A stretch of DNA of 64,000 nt from Alloascoidea hylecoeti (GCA_001600815.1 BCKZ01000004.1:310001-374000), one strand, 5' to 3'. Counted from the stretch's first letter, positions 50,799 to 64,000 are shown. Notes: a model not told the origin generated them from the letters alone. Made by a program: numbers and translations.

Positions 50799-53700
50799 AT
50801 GTATGTTTTCTTAATAACCATTCAGTAATCAATTAAATTGCTGTATTAATTAATCCCCATCTTTTAGGAAATTTGGAAAGCATCTGGCTTCCAGGATTAT
50901 TCAGCTTCCTGAGTACTCGGACTATTTCATAAACTATAAAGCCCTGAAAAAGGTATTGATAAACCATGATCTACTTCTTATATATCACATTTAATAATAT
51001 CATGTTTAATATATCTAGTTGATGAAATCACTGTCAAGTTCTCCATTTGATCCCTCTAATCACGATGTGGAAAAGACACTTCAAGAAAATAAAGCCACTT
51101 TTTTCTTTAAACTAGTAAGTATAGGCCTTCAAATTATTGTTGCTCCTCATAATCTAATATCCATCACTATAGGAGCGGGAGTTGGAAAAAATCAATACGT
51201 TTTATCTTGAAAAAGAAGCAGAGGTAAGAACATTAAATCAATTATAATAATAATTATAATTTAATTAATAAAAATATCGATAGCTGAAATTAAGACTGGA
51301 TATTCTATGCAAGAAAAAAGATGAAATAATTAATAAAGATCGTGTGAAAACAAGAAATTCGGTTGCTTATATTTCACTATATGAAGCGTTTCAAAGATTC
51401 AGACGAGATTTAGATAAGTTTGAGGTATGTTATCTATATTATAATTTTGCGATTTATACGAATTCATAATTATATAATTCTGGTTACTAATCTTTTATTT
51501 TACATGTTAATCAGCAATATATTGAACTGAATGAGACGGGTTTTGCAAAAGTCCTTAAAAAATGGGATAAACGATCAAAATCTAATACAAAAGAAATTTA
51601 TTTAACAACTGCTGTTGAAGTTCAACCTGTATTTCATAGTTCTAAAATCTCAAAATTATCTGATTTGGCAAGTTCGTGTATATTAGAACTTGAAGCATGG
51701 TGTGAGGGAGAAAATCTAATTTATGAATCAAGTTCATCTACTTCATCAAGTATAATTAATGCTACATCTGATCAAACGTATAGTTATGATGATTTATACT
51801 GTGAAATTTTACAATCTGCAAACTCATCAAATGATTTGAAAAATCAACAAAATTCAATTAATGAATGGATAAGTCGTTTAAAAACAACTTCAAATTCACA
51901 ATATCAAATGACAAAAATTTTATTTTTATCTATAACTTCTGAAGTATCTGATGAATCAATTGAATTATTACTAACAGATTCAAATAAAGAATATTTAAAT
52001 TTGACTTATGTTGATGAAATAAATGGTAGAAATTGTTTACATTTGGCTTCTATATCTGGTAGATTAATCGTATTAAAGTTTCTTTTAGAATCATTACCAC
52101 AAGAAGAGTTTAAAAAACTGTTAAATCAATCAGATGCATTAGGTAGATTACCATTACATTATGCTTGTATTCATAATAGAGGAGAAATGGTTAAAATATT
52201 TATTGAAAATGACTCAATTATTGATAAATTTGATCAAGATAATTTTTCTCCATTATTATATTCAATTAAAAAGAAATTTAATGATTTAGTTGCTCTTTTA
52301 GTTGAAAATGGGGCTTCAATAAATTCAATTGATGAAAAAGGTTATGTACCTTTGAATATTTCATGTCAATTTGGATCTTATGAAACTGTTGAAATATTAT
52401 TAAAACAGAAATTGATTAATAAATTAAAAATTATACCGGATGCTGAAGGTTTATTGCCAATTCATGTCGTTGCAAAAGAAGGTAATAGTAAATTAGTTTC
52501 ATTATTAAAAGAATATAGTGTTGATGTTAATGAGTTTGATAAATTGAATCATTGGACCGCTTTATTTTATGCTTGTTTATATGGTCACCCCAAAACTGTT
52601 AAAACATTATTAGAATCTGGTGCTGATGTTAGTATACGCGATAGAGATGGACATTCCGCTGATTATTATGCTGCTTGGGAAGGTCATTTTGATTGTTTAT
52701 ATCAATTTACTGCAATTTCAACGAGTGATTTGAATCATTCAAATTCCTTGGTAAATTCATCTCAAAGTGTTTCTATAGTAAAATCTATTGATACTTCCCC
52801 ATCAACATTTCCATCTTCAACAATAGGAAGCACCAATACAATATTTTCAACAACTGATTATAATCATGATATTTTAGATACAATACCTGATTTAGAATTA
52901 CCACCACCAATAATTCCTTTAAGAAAGTATGGTCATAATTTTCTAGATAAAAAAATATTTTTGAATTTAATTTTTGAACCTGGTACATCATCATTGAAAT
53001 TCAATTCCCCAAATGCTTTATTAGGAACAAGAATAACTGTTTCATTAAGAGGTTCAGAAGTTATACCAAGAAATTTAGTTTATCCGATCATTGATAATGA
53101 AAAGATTTTATCTTTTAGATTAGATAATTTAGATTCTTGTATTGTTGATCTTGAATTATATTCAACTTTTGGAACAAGAATTAATGCAAAGACAACTGCA
53201 TTATCATATATCTTTAAAGATTTGATAATTAATGGTGTTACTGGTAAATGTAGTTTACCATTATTTGATATGAGATTAAGAACAATTGGTGAAATTTCAT
53301 TTATGTACCAAATCATTAAACCGTACCCTGGTGAAATATTAGGAATCTCAAAATATAATACTTATTGGAAATCTACAACAATAAATAATAATAATAATAA
53401 TACAGTTGGTAGTGTTCTCGCTGGAGGTTCAACTGCTACTAGTATATACAATATGGAAAGCAATACTAGTAACATATCATTAATGTTACATTCAAATTCT
53501 TATTCATATGTCAATGCATCTTCATTATCTGATGAATATGTTAAAGCAACAATTTGTTTAACAAAAGATAACATACCAATTCTATGTCCAAATTTATTTG
53601 TTACAATTAATTCAACAATTACAATTCCAATAAGTGATTTAGATTATAATGATTTTATGAAATTAACAAAAACAGCACAAGTTGATCAAATAAAATCAAT

Positions 53701-54403
53701 TGAAACAACTAATGATGCAAAAAACTTATTTAAAAATAATTTTATGTCATTAAATGATGTATTAAATTATTTACCACAATTTATTAATCTTGATTTATAT
53801 ATTTTTTATCCAACATTTTTAGAATCTGATTATTTAAAATTAACTTATTCAACATTTATGGATTTAAATTCTTATGTTGATTTAATATTAACTTGTGTTT
53901 TTGATAATGTTAGAAAATCAAGAAATGAAAGTTTAGCTACAACAGAATTAGCAATGAGATCAAGATCATTTATTTTTTCATCAAGTCATGATGATGTTTG
54001 TACGGTTTTAAATTGGAAACAACCAAATTATCCAGTTTTTTATAGTATGGATGCAATTAAATTAAATGATAAAGATTTTAAAATATCAAGTGTTCATAAT
54101 ATATTACCATCAATACCTGAAGATGATAAATATAATATTAATAATATTAAAACATGGTCATTAAAAGAAGCTACACAATTTGCCTTAAATAACAATTTAC
54201 TCGGTTTGATTGTTCCCGCTAAATTATTAAAAATGGTTCCTTCATTATGTGATAGTATCAGATCATTAGGACTTGTTTTGGTTTCATCCATTGATGATGA
54301 ATATGCACCCGAAAAAGAAATAGACTTGAATTTATTAGCATCGAGCGTTAACGGTTGTAGAAGTGATGGTATATTGTGGTTTAAAGAAACAATAGATATG
54401 TAA
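50799..54403 (+). CDS. PHO81: SPX-ankyrin-GDPD-like CDK inhibitor, 6 exons
   Basis: Spliced MKFGKHL...INYKALKK SPX start, ELNETGFAKVLKKWDKRSK, ankyrin repeats, LPPPIIPLRKYGHNFL. Confidence 0.88.
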
Positions 54404-54501
54404 CTTATGAATTATAGCGGTTATACGTTGGTACCTTTTTTTTCATAACAATGTGCAACTTCATCCTTTTTTAAATAAAAATATGTTTTTGACTTCATCT
54501 A

Positions 54502-55642
54502 TTAATCTAAATCAAGCAACCAAAAATATAATTCAGTATCAGCAGTAATTAATTGAAACATATGTGGATTGAAAGCAACCAATCGTGGAGTATGTGACAG
54601 AGTTGGGAAAACATGTGAAGGATTTAATCTTTTCTCGGATCCAACATTGCGAGTATCCCAAAGTAACATTTTTCCATCATTTGATCCACCAAATATAAAT
54701 TTCCCATCAGGTGAAAACGTAACACTACCTGAATCTATTATATTAGAGTTATTAATCGGTTTATGGCCAGATAATCTATGCGAGATTTCACCTGTGAACG
54801 AATCAACAACATAATGATAATTTGCATTTGGTGTGTCTAAAACTAAAGATTTACCATCATTTGAAAATTTCATATTTTTGACATCTCCTTCATATCTCAA
54901 CTTATATGTTGTAAATGGTTCTTCATCATACTTCCTCATGTCATAAAGCCCTATCTCCTTTGTTTCATTAGAAACTATACCAAATATCAAACTTTCAGGC
55001 GATATTGCAACGACACTAGGCGCTTTACAATTTAATGAACCCTAAAAGGAAAATTATTAGTAAATTTTAGTATACTATAATATAAGTGTATATTTATAAC
55101 TTACTTGTGGAGATTCTGCTCGTAAATCCCACATTTTAACAGTGTTATCTAACGACGCAGATAATATAGTATCATTAATAGGAGATACTTCCAATGAGTT
55201 GACATAATCGGTATGTCCTTTCAAATACCGTATGAAGTGATTATCATGAAATGAAAAATAACGAAGATGATCTATAATGTAGATTTGAAGGGTTAATCGC
55301 GTTTCATCTTATTATAATATGGAACCATAAAAAATACATACTTGAATTTTTAGTTGAAGCAAAAATACAATTCATCTTCCAATGGGTAAATTTTGCTAAA
55401 GTGACTCCAAATTTCTTTTGATTAACTGATTTTATATGTTTACCAGATTTGCAATTATATAAATGAAGAGTATCGTCAACACCTGAACTTAAACAAAATT
55501 GACCAGAATCATCAAAATCAATTGAATTTATATAACTATTTTTATTTTCTTTGCTTGATTTGTTACCTTCTATCCCATGATAGTTTAATTTCCTCGCTAG
55601 TGAGAATTTTGTATAAATGTCATCTGAATATTTCACTGACAT
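54502..55642 (-). CDS. SWD2: COMPASS/CPF WD40 subunit, 3 exons
   Basis: NSIDFDDSGQ, KKFGV..AKFTH, LRYFSFHDNHFIRYLKGH, KFSNDGK. Confidence 0.88.
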
Positions 55643-55782
55643 TTTTCTTTATTTATATTTCAAGTAGTGAAGAAACAATAAAAGTCATTAATTGGGGATG
55701 AGTTATACGCTTACAGTGCTGATATATACACACAATAATCCCAAATTCATAACCCCTAAAGCTTCATATTCAAACATACAAA

Positions 55783-56133
55783 ATGGGTGTCGTAAGTAAT
55801 CTTTTTTTATTGTCTCCGTTGTGTCTTCACGTCTTTTCTAACTGCAGCTTCATCAGGTTGATAAACTTATTCATTATTCCTTTGATTTAATTCTTGTTTC
55901 TGTTATTCTGGCAGGGATCCGAAGAAGTGCTGGTATAGGGTAAGAAATCATAAAACCCGTTATTGTTTATTATTTGGATTCTAACATATTTATGTTATAG
56001 TTTTAAATCAGAAGAAATTAAAAATCAAAACACCAGAAAATGGACTAATAAATATCTGGAATTTGGCGAGTTTTTATTAGATAGTGCCGTCGTTTTTCTA
56101 GCTCACTCCCCTTGGTTTTCTAGAAAACCATAA
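55783..56133 (+). CDS. MCO12: DUF1748-family small protein, 3 exons (absent from the ORF track)
   Basis: KLIHYSFDLILVSVILAGIRRSAG...KYLEFGE...SPWF; neighbour of SWD2 as in S. cerevisiae. Confidence 0.75.
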
Positions 56134-56539
56134 ATGTTTATTGATATTCAAATATAATGTCTTTATCTAAATTTTTGTCGTATGGGTTTTTTTACAGTTC
56201 TTCGTATATATTTGGAATATATATCTATTAAATGAACAAACAGTTATATTTAAACGTTATGCCAACTTGCAGTCAAAAAGATGATAAGAATGTCTAGTTT
56301 AAATAACTAACAACAATGATAACAATTACAAACGAATATGGATATGTGTATACTAAAAATACAGAATGATCATAATAATAATAAATTTAAATCAACGATG
56401 TTGTTATTTTTGTCTTTAATCGAGTAGTCTAATTTTAATTGTTTTACGCATTAAAATGGGTGTATGGATGATTCTGATCTCAAAATTCTCCGTCCAATAA
56501 AAATGTGTGTCTTCTTTATTCAGATTTAAATCAATATAA

Positions 56540-57097
56540 ATGTCGTTTTTGCAATCGTTAACAGCTTCGACAAAGGCCATTTCACATCCAACGAAAATTC
56601 AGGTCCGTCATGGTTCAGGAGCAAAACAATTTCGATCTTCCATTGGTTTGAAACCTCATCCAAGACGCATTATTCCTGTTGGTAAAGCAAGACCACCAAT
56701 ATATCATCAATTTGATCAAAAGGTTATATTGACAGATGGTTCATCGTACACTCGTCGTACTTTATACCCAAAACTAGAGCTACGATCAATTTTTGATCAA
56801 AGAAATCATCCTTTATGGAATCCTTCTGGAAATTTCACAGTTATTGATTTATCATCAGCTGCAAGAATTAAGAAATTCAATGAAAAGTATGGTTTCACTG
56901 ATTCAAAGAAGAGCACAAGTGGTACCAAAACGGATAAGAAGGTGGAATCATCAACAACAGAAGAAGCCAAAGAAAATTCAGTTATGGATGATTATTTAGA
57001 TCTTATGTCCCATAATGTTCAAGATGTCCAGAGTGGAGGTAAATTACAACGAAAAACGAAGGTGAAAAAGACAAAAAATAGAAGAGGAGATAATTGA
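56540..57097 (+). CDS. MRPL36: Mitochondrial ribosomal protein bL31m
   Basis: IPVGKARPPIYHQFD..V.LTDGS, DQRNHPLWNPS; next to GRS1. Confidence 0.88.
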   Translation: MSFLQSLTASTKAISHPTKIQVRHGSGAKQFRSSIGLKPHPRRIIPVGKARPPIYHQFDQKVILTDGSSYTRRTLYPKLELRSIFDQRNHPLWNPSGNFTVIDLSSAARIKKFNEKYGFTDSKKSTSGTKTDKKVESSTTEEAKENSVMDDYLDLMSHNVQDVQSGGKLQRKTKVKKTKNRRGDN

Positions 57098-57285
57098 TAA
57101 TTTCAGCTTTATGACATATCTTGTAAATAGATGAAAAATATCATGGCTAATAAATTAAATCTTATATAAATTTAAATTTATATATTATTATTGTAAGAAA
57201 TAGGGAGTTTGGATGTAAAACCTTCCTTGACTCATAAAATTTAAAATCTATAAAAATTTCTGTCAACTTCCATCCCATCCTGTGA

Positions 57286-59439
57286 ATGATTATTTCGAGG
57301 TCTTCTCAAATACTTCAATTCATATCTCCATTATCGTTAAGAAAGACATTTCAGAAGTTTTCAACTACAAATAATAAGTCAATTGCAACTGCTCACTTTT
57401 CAACTACTGGACTTTTAACTAGAAGATTTCTTACCCAGGAAGATATTAAGAAAATTATCATGTCAACCGATTCAACAAATATCCCAAAATCAATCATTCC
57501 ATTTTCTCGTGATTCACTAGAATCACTTTTAAAAAGACGGTTTTTTTTCGCTCCATCTTTTGAAATTTATGGTGGTGTTTCAGGTCTATACGACTATGGT
57601 CCACCAGGTTGTGCATTTCAAGCAAACATTGTCGATGCGTGGCGTAAACACTTCATTTTGGAAGAAGATATGTTGGAAGTCGATTGTTCAATGTTAACAC
57701 CTGCTGAAGTTTTAAAAACTTCTGGTCATGTTGAAAAATTCGCTGATTGGTTGTGTCGTGATTTGAAAACCGGTGAAATATTCAGAGCTGATCATTTAAT
57801 CGAGGAAGTTTTAGAAAGTAGATTAAAAGGTGATTCTGAAGCAAGAGGTGTCGAACATAACATTGTTGAAACTGACGATAAGAAAAAGAGAAAGAAGAAG
57901 GTTAAAAATATTAAAAATATTAAATTGGACGATGAGGTTGTTAAAGATTATCATTCAATACTTGCCAAAATTGATAATTATTCAGGTCCTGAATTAGGTG
58001 AATTAATGAAACAATATAAAATTGTTAATCCAACAACTGGTGGTGAATTAGAAACTCCACATCAATTTAATTTAATGTTTGAAACTGCAATTGGTCCTTC
58101 TGGTCAATTAAAAGGTTATTTAAGACCAGAAACTGCTCAAGGACAATTTTTAAATTTTTCAAGATTATATGAATTTAATAATTTAAAAATGCCTTTTGCT
58201 TCTGCTTCAATTGGTAAATCATTTAGAAATGAAATTTCACCAAAATCTGGTTTATTACGTGTAAGAGAATTTTTAATGGCTGAAATTGAACATTATGTTG
58301 ATCCTGAAAATAAATCCCATCCAAGATTTCATGAAGTTTCTGATACAGTTTTACGTTTCTTACCAAAAGAAGTTCAATTATCTGGTAAATCTGAACCTGT
58401 TGAAACAACAATTGGTGAAGCTGTTAAATCAAAAATGGTTGATAATGAAACTTTAGGCTATTTTATTGCAAGAATCCATCACTTTTTAATTAAAATTGGT
58501 GTTGATCCAACCCGTTTAAGATTCCGTCAACATATGGCAAACGAAATGGCTCATTATGCTGCTGATTGTTGGGATGCTGAATTACAAACATCTTATGGAT
58601 GGATTGAATGTGTTGGTTGTGCTGATAGATCTGCCTATGATTTATCTGTTCATTCGATTAGAACAAAAGAAAAATTAGTTGTTAGACAAAAGGTTGATAA
58701 ACCAATTATTACTGAATTATTTGAAATTGAACTAGTTAGAAAGAAATTTGGTCCAAAATTTCGTAAACAAGCACCAATTGTTGAAAATTATTTATTAGAT
58801 TTAGATCAAGCAAAACTTGAAAGTTTTGGAAATGATTTAAAATCAAATGGTAAAATATCATTTAAAGTTGATGGTATTGATGAAACAATTGAATTAGATA
58901 AAGAATTCATTAGTATTGAAAAAAAAACAAAAGTTGAACATAATAGAGAATATACTCCAAATGTTATTGAACCATCATTTGGTATTGGTAGAATTCTTTA
59001 TTCTATTTTTGAACATCGATATTGGGTAAGGCCTGAGGATTCTGATCGACATGTTTTATCCCTTCCTCCATTGGTTGCACCAACTAAGGTTCTTGTTGTT
59101 CCTTTATCAAATAATAATGATTTATTAGCTTCAACACAAAATCTTTCTAAAGTTTTAAAGAAACAAAGTATTCCATTCAAAGTGGATGCATCTTCTGTAT
59201 CTATTGGTAGAAGATATGCTCGTAATGACGAACTTGGCACTCCTTTTGGTATCACTGTTGATTTTGAAACAGCAGTAGACGGAAGTGTCACTTTAAGAGA
59301 CAGAGATACTACCAGCCAAGTCAGAGGTTCGGTAGATGATGTTATTAAAGCCATTAAAGATATTACCTATGAAGGTGTATCTTGGGAAGAAGCAACAAAG
59401 AGTTTAACTCCATTTACTTCAAAGGATGAGGATGAATAA
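57286..59439 (+). CDS. GRS1: Glycyl-tRNA synthetase with N-terminal presequence
   Basis: GLYDYGPPG, LRPETAQG, FRNEISP, IEPSFGIGR; second in-frame ATG at 57460. Confidence 0.97.
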   Translation: MIISRSSQILQFISPLSLRKTFQKFSTTNNKSIATAHFSTTGLLTRRFLTQEDIKKIIMSTDSTNIPKSIIPFSRDSLESLLKRRFFFAPSFEIYGGVSGLYDYGPPGCAFQANIVDAWRKHFILEEDMLEVDCSMLTPAEVLKTSGHVEKFADWLCRDLKTGEIFRADHLIEEVLESRLKGDSEARGVEHNIVETDDKKKRKKKVKNIKNIKLDDEVVKDYHSILAKIDNYSGPELGELMKQYKIVNPTTGGELETPHQFNLMFETAIGPSGQLKGYLRPETAQGQFLNFSRLYEFNNLKMPFASASIGKSFRNEISPKSGLLRVREFLMAEIEHYVDPENKSHPRFHEVSDTVLRFLPKEVQLSGKSEPVETTIGEAVKSKMVDNETLGYFIARIHHFLIKIGVDPTRLRFRQHMANEMAHYAADCWDAELQTSYGWIECVGCADRSAYDLSVHSIRTKEKLVVRQKVDKPIITELFEIELVRKKFGPKFRKQAPIVENYLLDLDQAKLESFGNDLKSNGKISFKVDGIDETIELDKEFISIEKKTKVEHNREYTPNVIEPSFGIGRILYSIFEHRYWVRPEDSDRHVLSLPPLVAPTKVLVVPLSNNNDLLASTQNLSKVLKKQSIPFKVDASSVSIGRRYARNDELGTPFGITVDFETAVDGSVTLRDRDTTSQVRGSVDDVIKAIKDITYEGVSWEEATKSLTPFTSKDEDE

Positions 59440-61123
59440 TTCCTATATGTGGATAAGCTTTGATTATCTATATTTCTCTGAATATTTTGTGTATATTTAT
59501 ACACTCATAACTGCTCATGTCCATATAATACTTTTTTAGCAATAACCTTCTAATTTGACAACTTTGATCATGACTATTATACCGGTATATAGCTAGCTAA
59601 GGAATACAGTTTTTAGTTGCAATTGATAGACTACAAATCTAGAAATACTCGAAGTAGTGAAGTATAACTTATAACTTATTCGTATATGTATATGTATCTA
59701 TAGTTTGCCTGAACTAAAATGAAAACAATGGAGTACTAATTATAAATAAATCAATTATTCCAAGTCTCGATGACTTCTTCTTAACAATCGTGTACGTCCA
59801 AATAAGTCTAAACCAATATTATAGGTACAGCCTTTTCACCTATCGGCTATCATTGTATGCATATGCATATTTTGCAAAGAGGTCTGAAAGTAATTATATA
59901 ATTAGTGAATAAATATAGAAATATTTAGACATTCTTTCTATACTGAGTTGCTAATTGGCGATTTGCTGAAAAGCTAACTGGCTATTAGTTTAGAAAGTGC
60001 TAACAAGCGATTCATCTTAAATCAATAAGCCGTTTAATTCGATAAACATTTTGATCCTTCCGAGAAAATTAAATCGCAATTGGGTGTTAAAGCCGATAAA
60101 TGACTTACATTAGGATATTTCATAATTTGCACTTTTCAACACATATAAGAGTGGAGAAACTTCCAGATATTGAAGAGACATATAGACTTTATGATGGATA
60201 TAAAGATAAATCCGACCTTCAAGTGACATATTCTACGGTTTTAGAGATGCAGTACTTATTTTCCAATTTAAACCCCATTAGTAGGCTCTATTCATTTAAA
60301 TCTTATTCATACGAAATACAAATCTTTACAATTAATCAATATTGCAAGCTGATCAAAATTTCTGTGAAGCGTTTTGTTGGGTTTAGAAAAGCTAAATATA
60401 ATAATATTTTAAATTTTATTTATAATCATTGATATCTTGAAAGTTGAAACTGCTCTTGATTCACAATTAAATAGAAATGGTTGTTGTTGATTGAGATAAT
60501 AGAAGAGTTTTAGATATTGTCTGCAATTATGATACCACTTGTAATGAGAGACATTTATTTATCTAGAATAACACCATATTTCATTGGCCGATATTTTGTT
60601 TGAAAAACTTGATGAGTTGGAAAAAGATCAATATATTGATTTTACTTTCTATTGGCTACTGGTAAATATTAATTCCGCGGCTGTCACAAGTTTGAAATTG
60701 ATCTTCATTAATATTTTAAGGGACATCGGACGGAGTTCGATTTTATAACACCACCTAAAACTTATATCATAATTAAGTAAATTCATCAATCCCATTATTC
60801 TTACGATCTTCTATGTGCGCGTAACTCATAATTAACAATTAACGTTTAAGTTTAAAGACTCAATTGAATTACGTATAATAAAGTTTGGAAATATCCAACT
60901 TTATTGGTTAAGTACCAATTTTCAAACATTCATAAAGCATAACTAATTGCGATATATATTTATAATTCTAATTAATCTAGCTAAAGGAAATCAAAAACAT
61001 AAGTTTTAAATTTAACTAATAATCAAAATAAATTTAAAAGAAAGGATGATAAGCAATTATCAATTTAGTAATATATAGCAAATTTCAATTATAATTCAAT
61101 TCAATATCAAATTATAAAACTTT

Positions 61124-62368
61124 CTAATCAGCTCTTGGAGGAACACCAATATTATTGGAATTTCTAAACATTAAAACAGGACCATCACCTTCAACAAATT
61201 GACATTCTCTTGCAGTTTTATATAATGATTTAAACATATTTTCACCATTATATTTATAATGAGAGCCCATAACTTTTTTAATTTCTTCAGTTGCTTCTTC
61301 AGCATTATAAAAAGGAATTCTACTAACAAAATGATGTAAAATATGAGTTTCAATAATATCATGAAATATATGTTTACCAATGAAACCAAAATTTCTGTCA
61401 ACTGTACAACTTGCACCAATTGCGAAATTCCAAACTGAACCTTCATAATGAGCTAGTTGTGGATCAGTATGTTGTAGAAATGTTATGAAAACAAGCCAAT
61501 GATTTACACCAATCCAAGGTAATATATAGTGTAACAACATATTTTCAGCACCGAAACGTTGGAAACCTAAATAGACGAGATAACCTTGTGTAATGATACC
61601 AATGTCAGATAAAACGATGTTCCAATATTGAGATTTTGTAAATAAAGGAGAAGTTGGTACGAAATGATTGATTTTCCATTTTGAAACTCCTGGATATTTG
61701 ACTCCACTTGTAACATCAGTAAATAAATACATTAACCAACCACCTAATTGCTGTAATAAAAGTTTTTTAACAGTTGATACAGGAGTATCCTGCATGATTT
61801 CAGATATTTTAGAAACATGTCTTCTTTCTTTCCAAACTTCTCTTGTTTTAGGAACAAAAACCATATCTCTTGTCATATGACCAGTTGCTTTATGATGTTT
61901 ACCATGAGAATATTTCCAAGAGAAATAAGGAACGAATAAAAATGAATGTAATATCCAACCGACGGTATCGTTCAATACTGGATAATCCGAAAAGGCACCA
62001 TGACCACATTCATGAGCCAAGACCCAAATACCGGTTCCAAGCAAACCTTGAATAATAATGTAAGGAATCCATATCAAAGTTCTTAAAGGTGTTGATTGAA
62101 TTTTTGGTAATTGATAAACCATCAAATAACCAAAAAGACAGATGAAGAATATATCTCTGGCGACGTAACTTAAAGATCTAATTGCCGATCTTTTATAACA
62201 TTTTGCGGGAATTGCAGATAAAATATCTTTTATTGTATAATCTGGAACATGAAATTCATTCCCGTAAGTATCTAAAGTGGTAAAATTTTTCAGATCAACA
62301 TTATTATCAGTTTTATTCTTTGTTGAAGAAGTTACTGTTGCTGAAGAAAATCCAGTGGAGGTGGGCAT
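61124..62368 (-). CDS. FAD2: Delta-12 (omega-6) fatty acid desaturase
   Basis: His boxes HECGH, HGKHH, HILHH; start set at MPTSTG (62368). Confidence 0.9.
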   Translation of the reverse strand: MPTSTGFSSATVTSSTKNKTDNNVDLKNFTTLDTYGNEFHVPDYTIKDILSAIPAKCYKRSAIRSLSYVARDIFFICLFGYLMVYQLPKIQSTPLRTLIWIPYIIIQGLLGTGIWVLAHECGHGAFSDYPVLNDTVGWILHSFLFVPYFSWKYSHGKHHKATGHMTRDMVFVPKTREVWKERRHVSKISEIMQDTPVSTVKKLLLQQLGGWLMYLFTDVTSGVKYPGVSKWKINHFVPTSPLFTKSQYWNIVLSDIGIITQGYLVYLGFQRFGAENMLLHYILPWIGVNHWLVFITFLQHTDPQLAHYEGSVWNFAIGASCTVDRNFGFIGKHIFHDIIETHILHHFVSRIPFYNAEEATEEIKKVMGSHYKYNGENMFKSLYKTARECQFVEGDGPVLMFRNSNNIGVPPRAD

Positions 62369-62951
62369 TATATATGTTTTAATGAGCTTTAAAGTTCTAA
62401 GTAAGGAACAAAAAACGTGTTCTTCTTGTAAGAAAAATGAAAAATTAAAAGCAAATGCTGATCGAGCTTTAGCGCTGTTGATCAAAAAGATATACCGTTA
62501 CAAGAAAATGGAGGAGAACAAGCAGGAGAGAGCCAAATCAAATCACAACAGAAAAGAATAGAAAAGAACCCAGATGAAGTTGAAAAAGAAGAAGAGGAGA
62601 AAGAGAGAAAAAGGCGGATCTCTTGGTTTTATAAGAACTAAGCAATAATGGCTTTTTAACAATCAACCCAACAAATAACAAATCCGTCAGGGATTATGTA
62701 ATATTCAATGGTTGGTGTTCTTATTTTCGTGTTCCCCAAGTGCAGGTAATTGGAACTTCCGCAGTGAGACAGAGCGAAACACAGTGCGAGCTCGGGAGTT
62801 TTCGGACGTCCGGGTGTACAGCTGCACCCCCACATCTCCCATCTTTTCAAAAATGCAATTATCATATTAATACTCCCTTTTTTCCAATTGGATTTCTTTT
62901 TTTCTTCTTTCCTCTTCTCCTTATTCATCCAACTTTTCAGTAGTTTCCAAA

Positions 62952-64000
62952 ATGGCTGCGAAGATCGAAAAGAAACCTGTTAGTTTTTCTAATATATTAT
63001 TAGGTGCTGCCTTGAACACTTTTGAGTAAGTTCTATTGTTATAATCAATTAATTATATTACATATTGAAAATTAATATTAATACATCCTTTTGTAGATGC
63101 TCCTCTCTCGGTCAACCATTGGAAGTCACAAAGGTATGTCTTTCGTTTTTTGTTTCTCATTTCTGATCAAGATCTGCTCTTTTTTTCCATCCAATCATGC
63201 TACTACAATTGTAAATCCAAATACTAAACTTCAAACTTAAATTTTAGACCACTATGGCCGCCAATAGGTCATTTACTTTTTTCCAATCCATTAAAACAAT
63301 TTGGTCAAGAGGTGGTCCATTAGGTTTTTATCAAGGTCTAATACCATGGGCTTGGATTGAAGCTTCAACAAAAGGTGCTGTTTTATTATTCGTATCAACT
63401 GAAACCGAATATCATGCGCGTACATTTGGTCTTGGAAATTTTGGTGCTGGTATATCTGGAGGTGTTATGGGTGGTCTAGCCCAAGCCTATTTGACAATGG
63501 GATTTTGTACTTGTATGAAAACTGTCGAAATTACAAGAAAGAAAGCAGCGGGTCCCGCTCAATCTACTTTCCAAGTGTTTATGGAGATTTATAGGAAAGA
63601 AGGTATTAGAGGTATAAACAAGGGTGTTAATGCAGTCGCAATCAGGCAATGTACAAATTGGGGATCAAGATTTGGTCTTTCACGCTTGATTGAGAACTAC
63701 ATTAGAAAATTTCAAAATAAAGAATCCGATGCAAAATTAACTTTTGGTGAAAAAATATTGGCATCTGGTGTTGGTGGTGGTTTATCAGCTTGGAATCAAC
63801 CTATTGAAGTTATTAGAGTTGAGATGCAGTCTAAAACCCTCGATCCTTCAAGACCCAAAAAGTTGACTGTTATGACTGCTATGAAATATATCTACTCCAA
63901 GAACGGGATTAAAGGTCTTTACCGAGGAGTTGTTCCAAGAATTGCCTTGGGTGTTTGGCAGACCATTTGTATGGTTGGGCTTGGAGATGTCGCCAAACAA
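62952..64000 (+). CDS. YHM2: Mitochondrial citrate/oxoglutarate carrier, spliced, 3' end beyond window (absent from the ORF track)
   Basis: [54 protein letters not shown]; introns 63026-63096 and ~63134-63247. Confidence 0.93.

Overview
AT-rich, intron-rich budding-yeast-type (Saccharomycotina-like) nuclear DNA. It uses the standard code: CTG encodes conserved Leu in PHO81 and in the DUF1748 gene. It holds about 27 mostly housekeeping genes, many spliced and so only partly captured by the ORF track: UFD2, RPL35, ARF1, NUS1, SPO12, PHB2, NAS6, AMA1, AIM14-like, GYP1, TFC6, an OAT-like aminotransferase, TYE7, a GNAT, TYW1, DAD2, NUP133, RPF2, IMP3, PHO81, SWD2, MCO12, MRPL36, GRS1, FAD2 and YHM2. 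The main unannotated signals are: (1) a frameshifted but near full-length endogenous totivirus (L-A/L-BC-like) capsid gene at about 22.6-24.3 kb; (2) beside it, a possible decayed negative-strand RNA virus L-protein fragment (speculative); (3) a ~600-nt block between RPF2 and IMP3 with many long complementary segments in partly non-nested order, a candidate structured ncRNA; (4) a decayed partial duplicate of UFD2 at about 0.74-1.47 kb; (5) an ornithine-aminotransferase paralogue with its ornithine-binding residues replaced. All homology calls are by eye and from recalled sequences; no searches were run.
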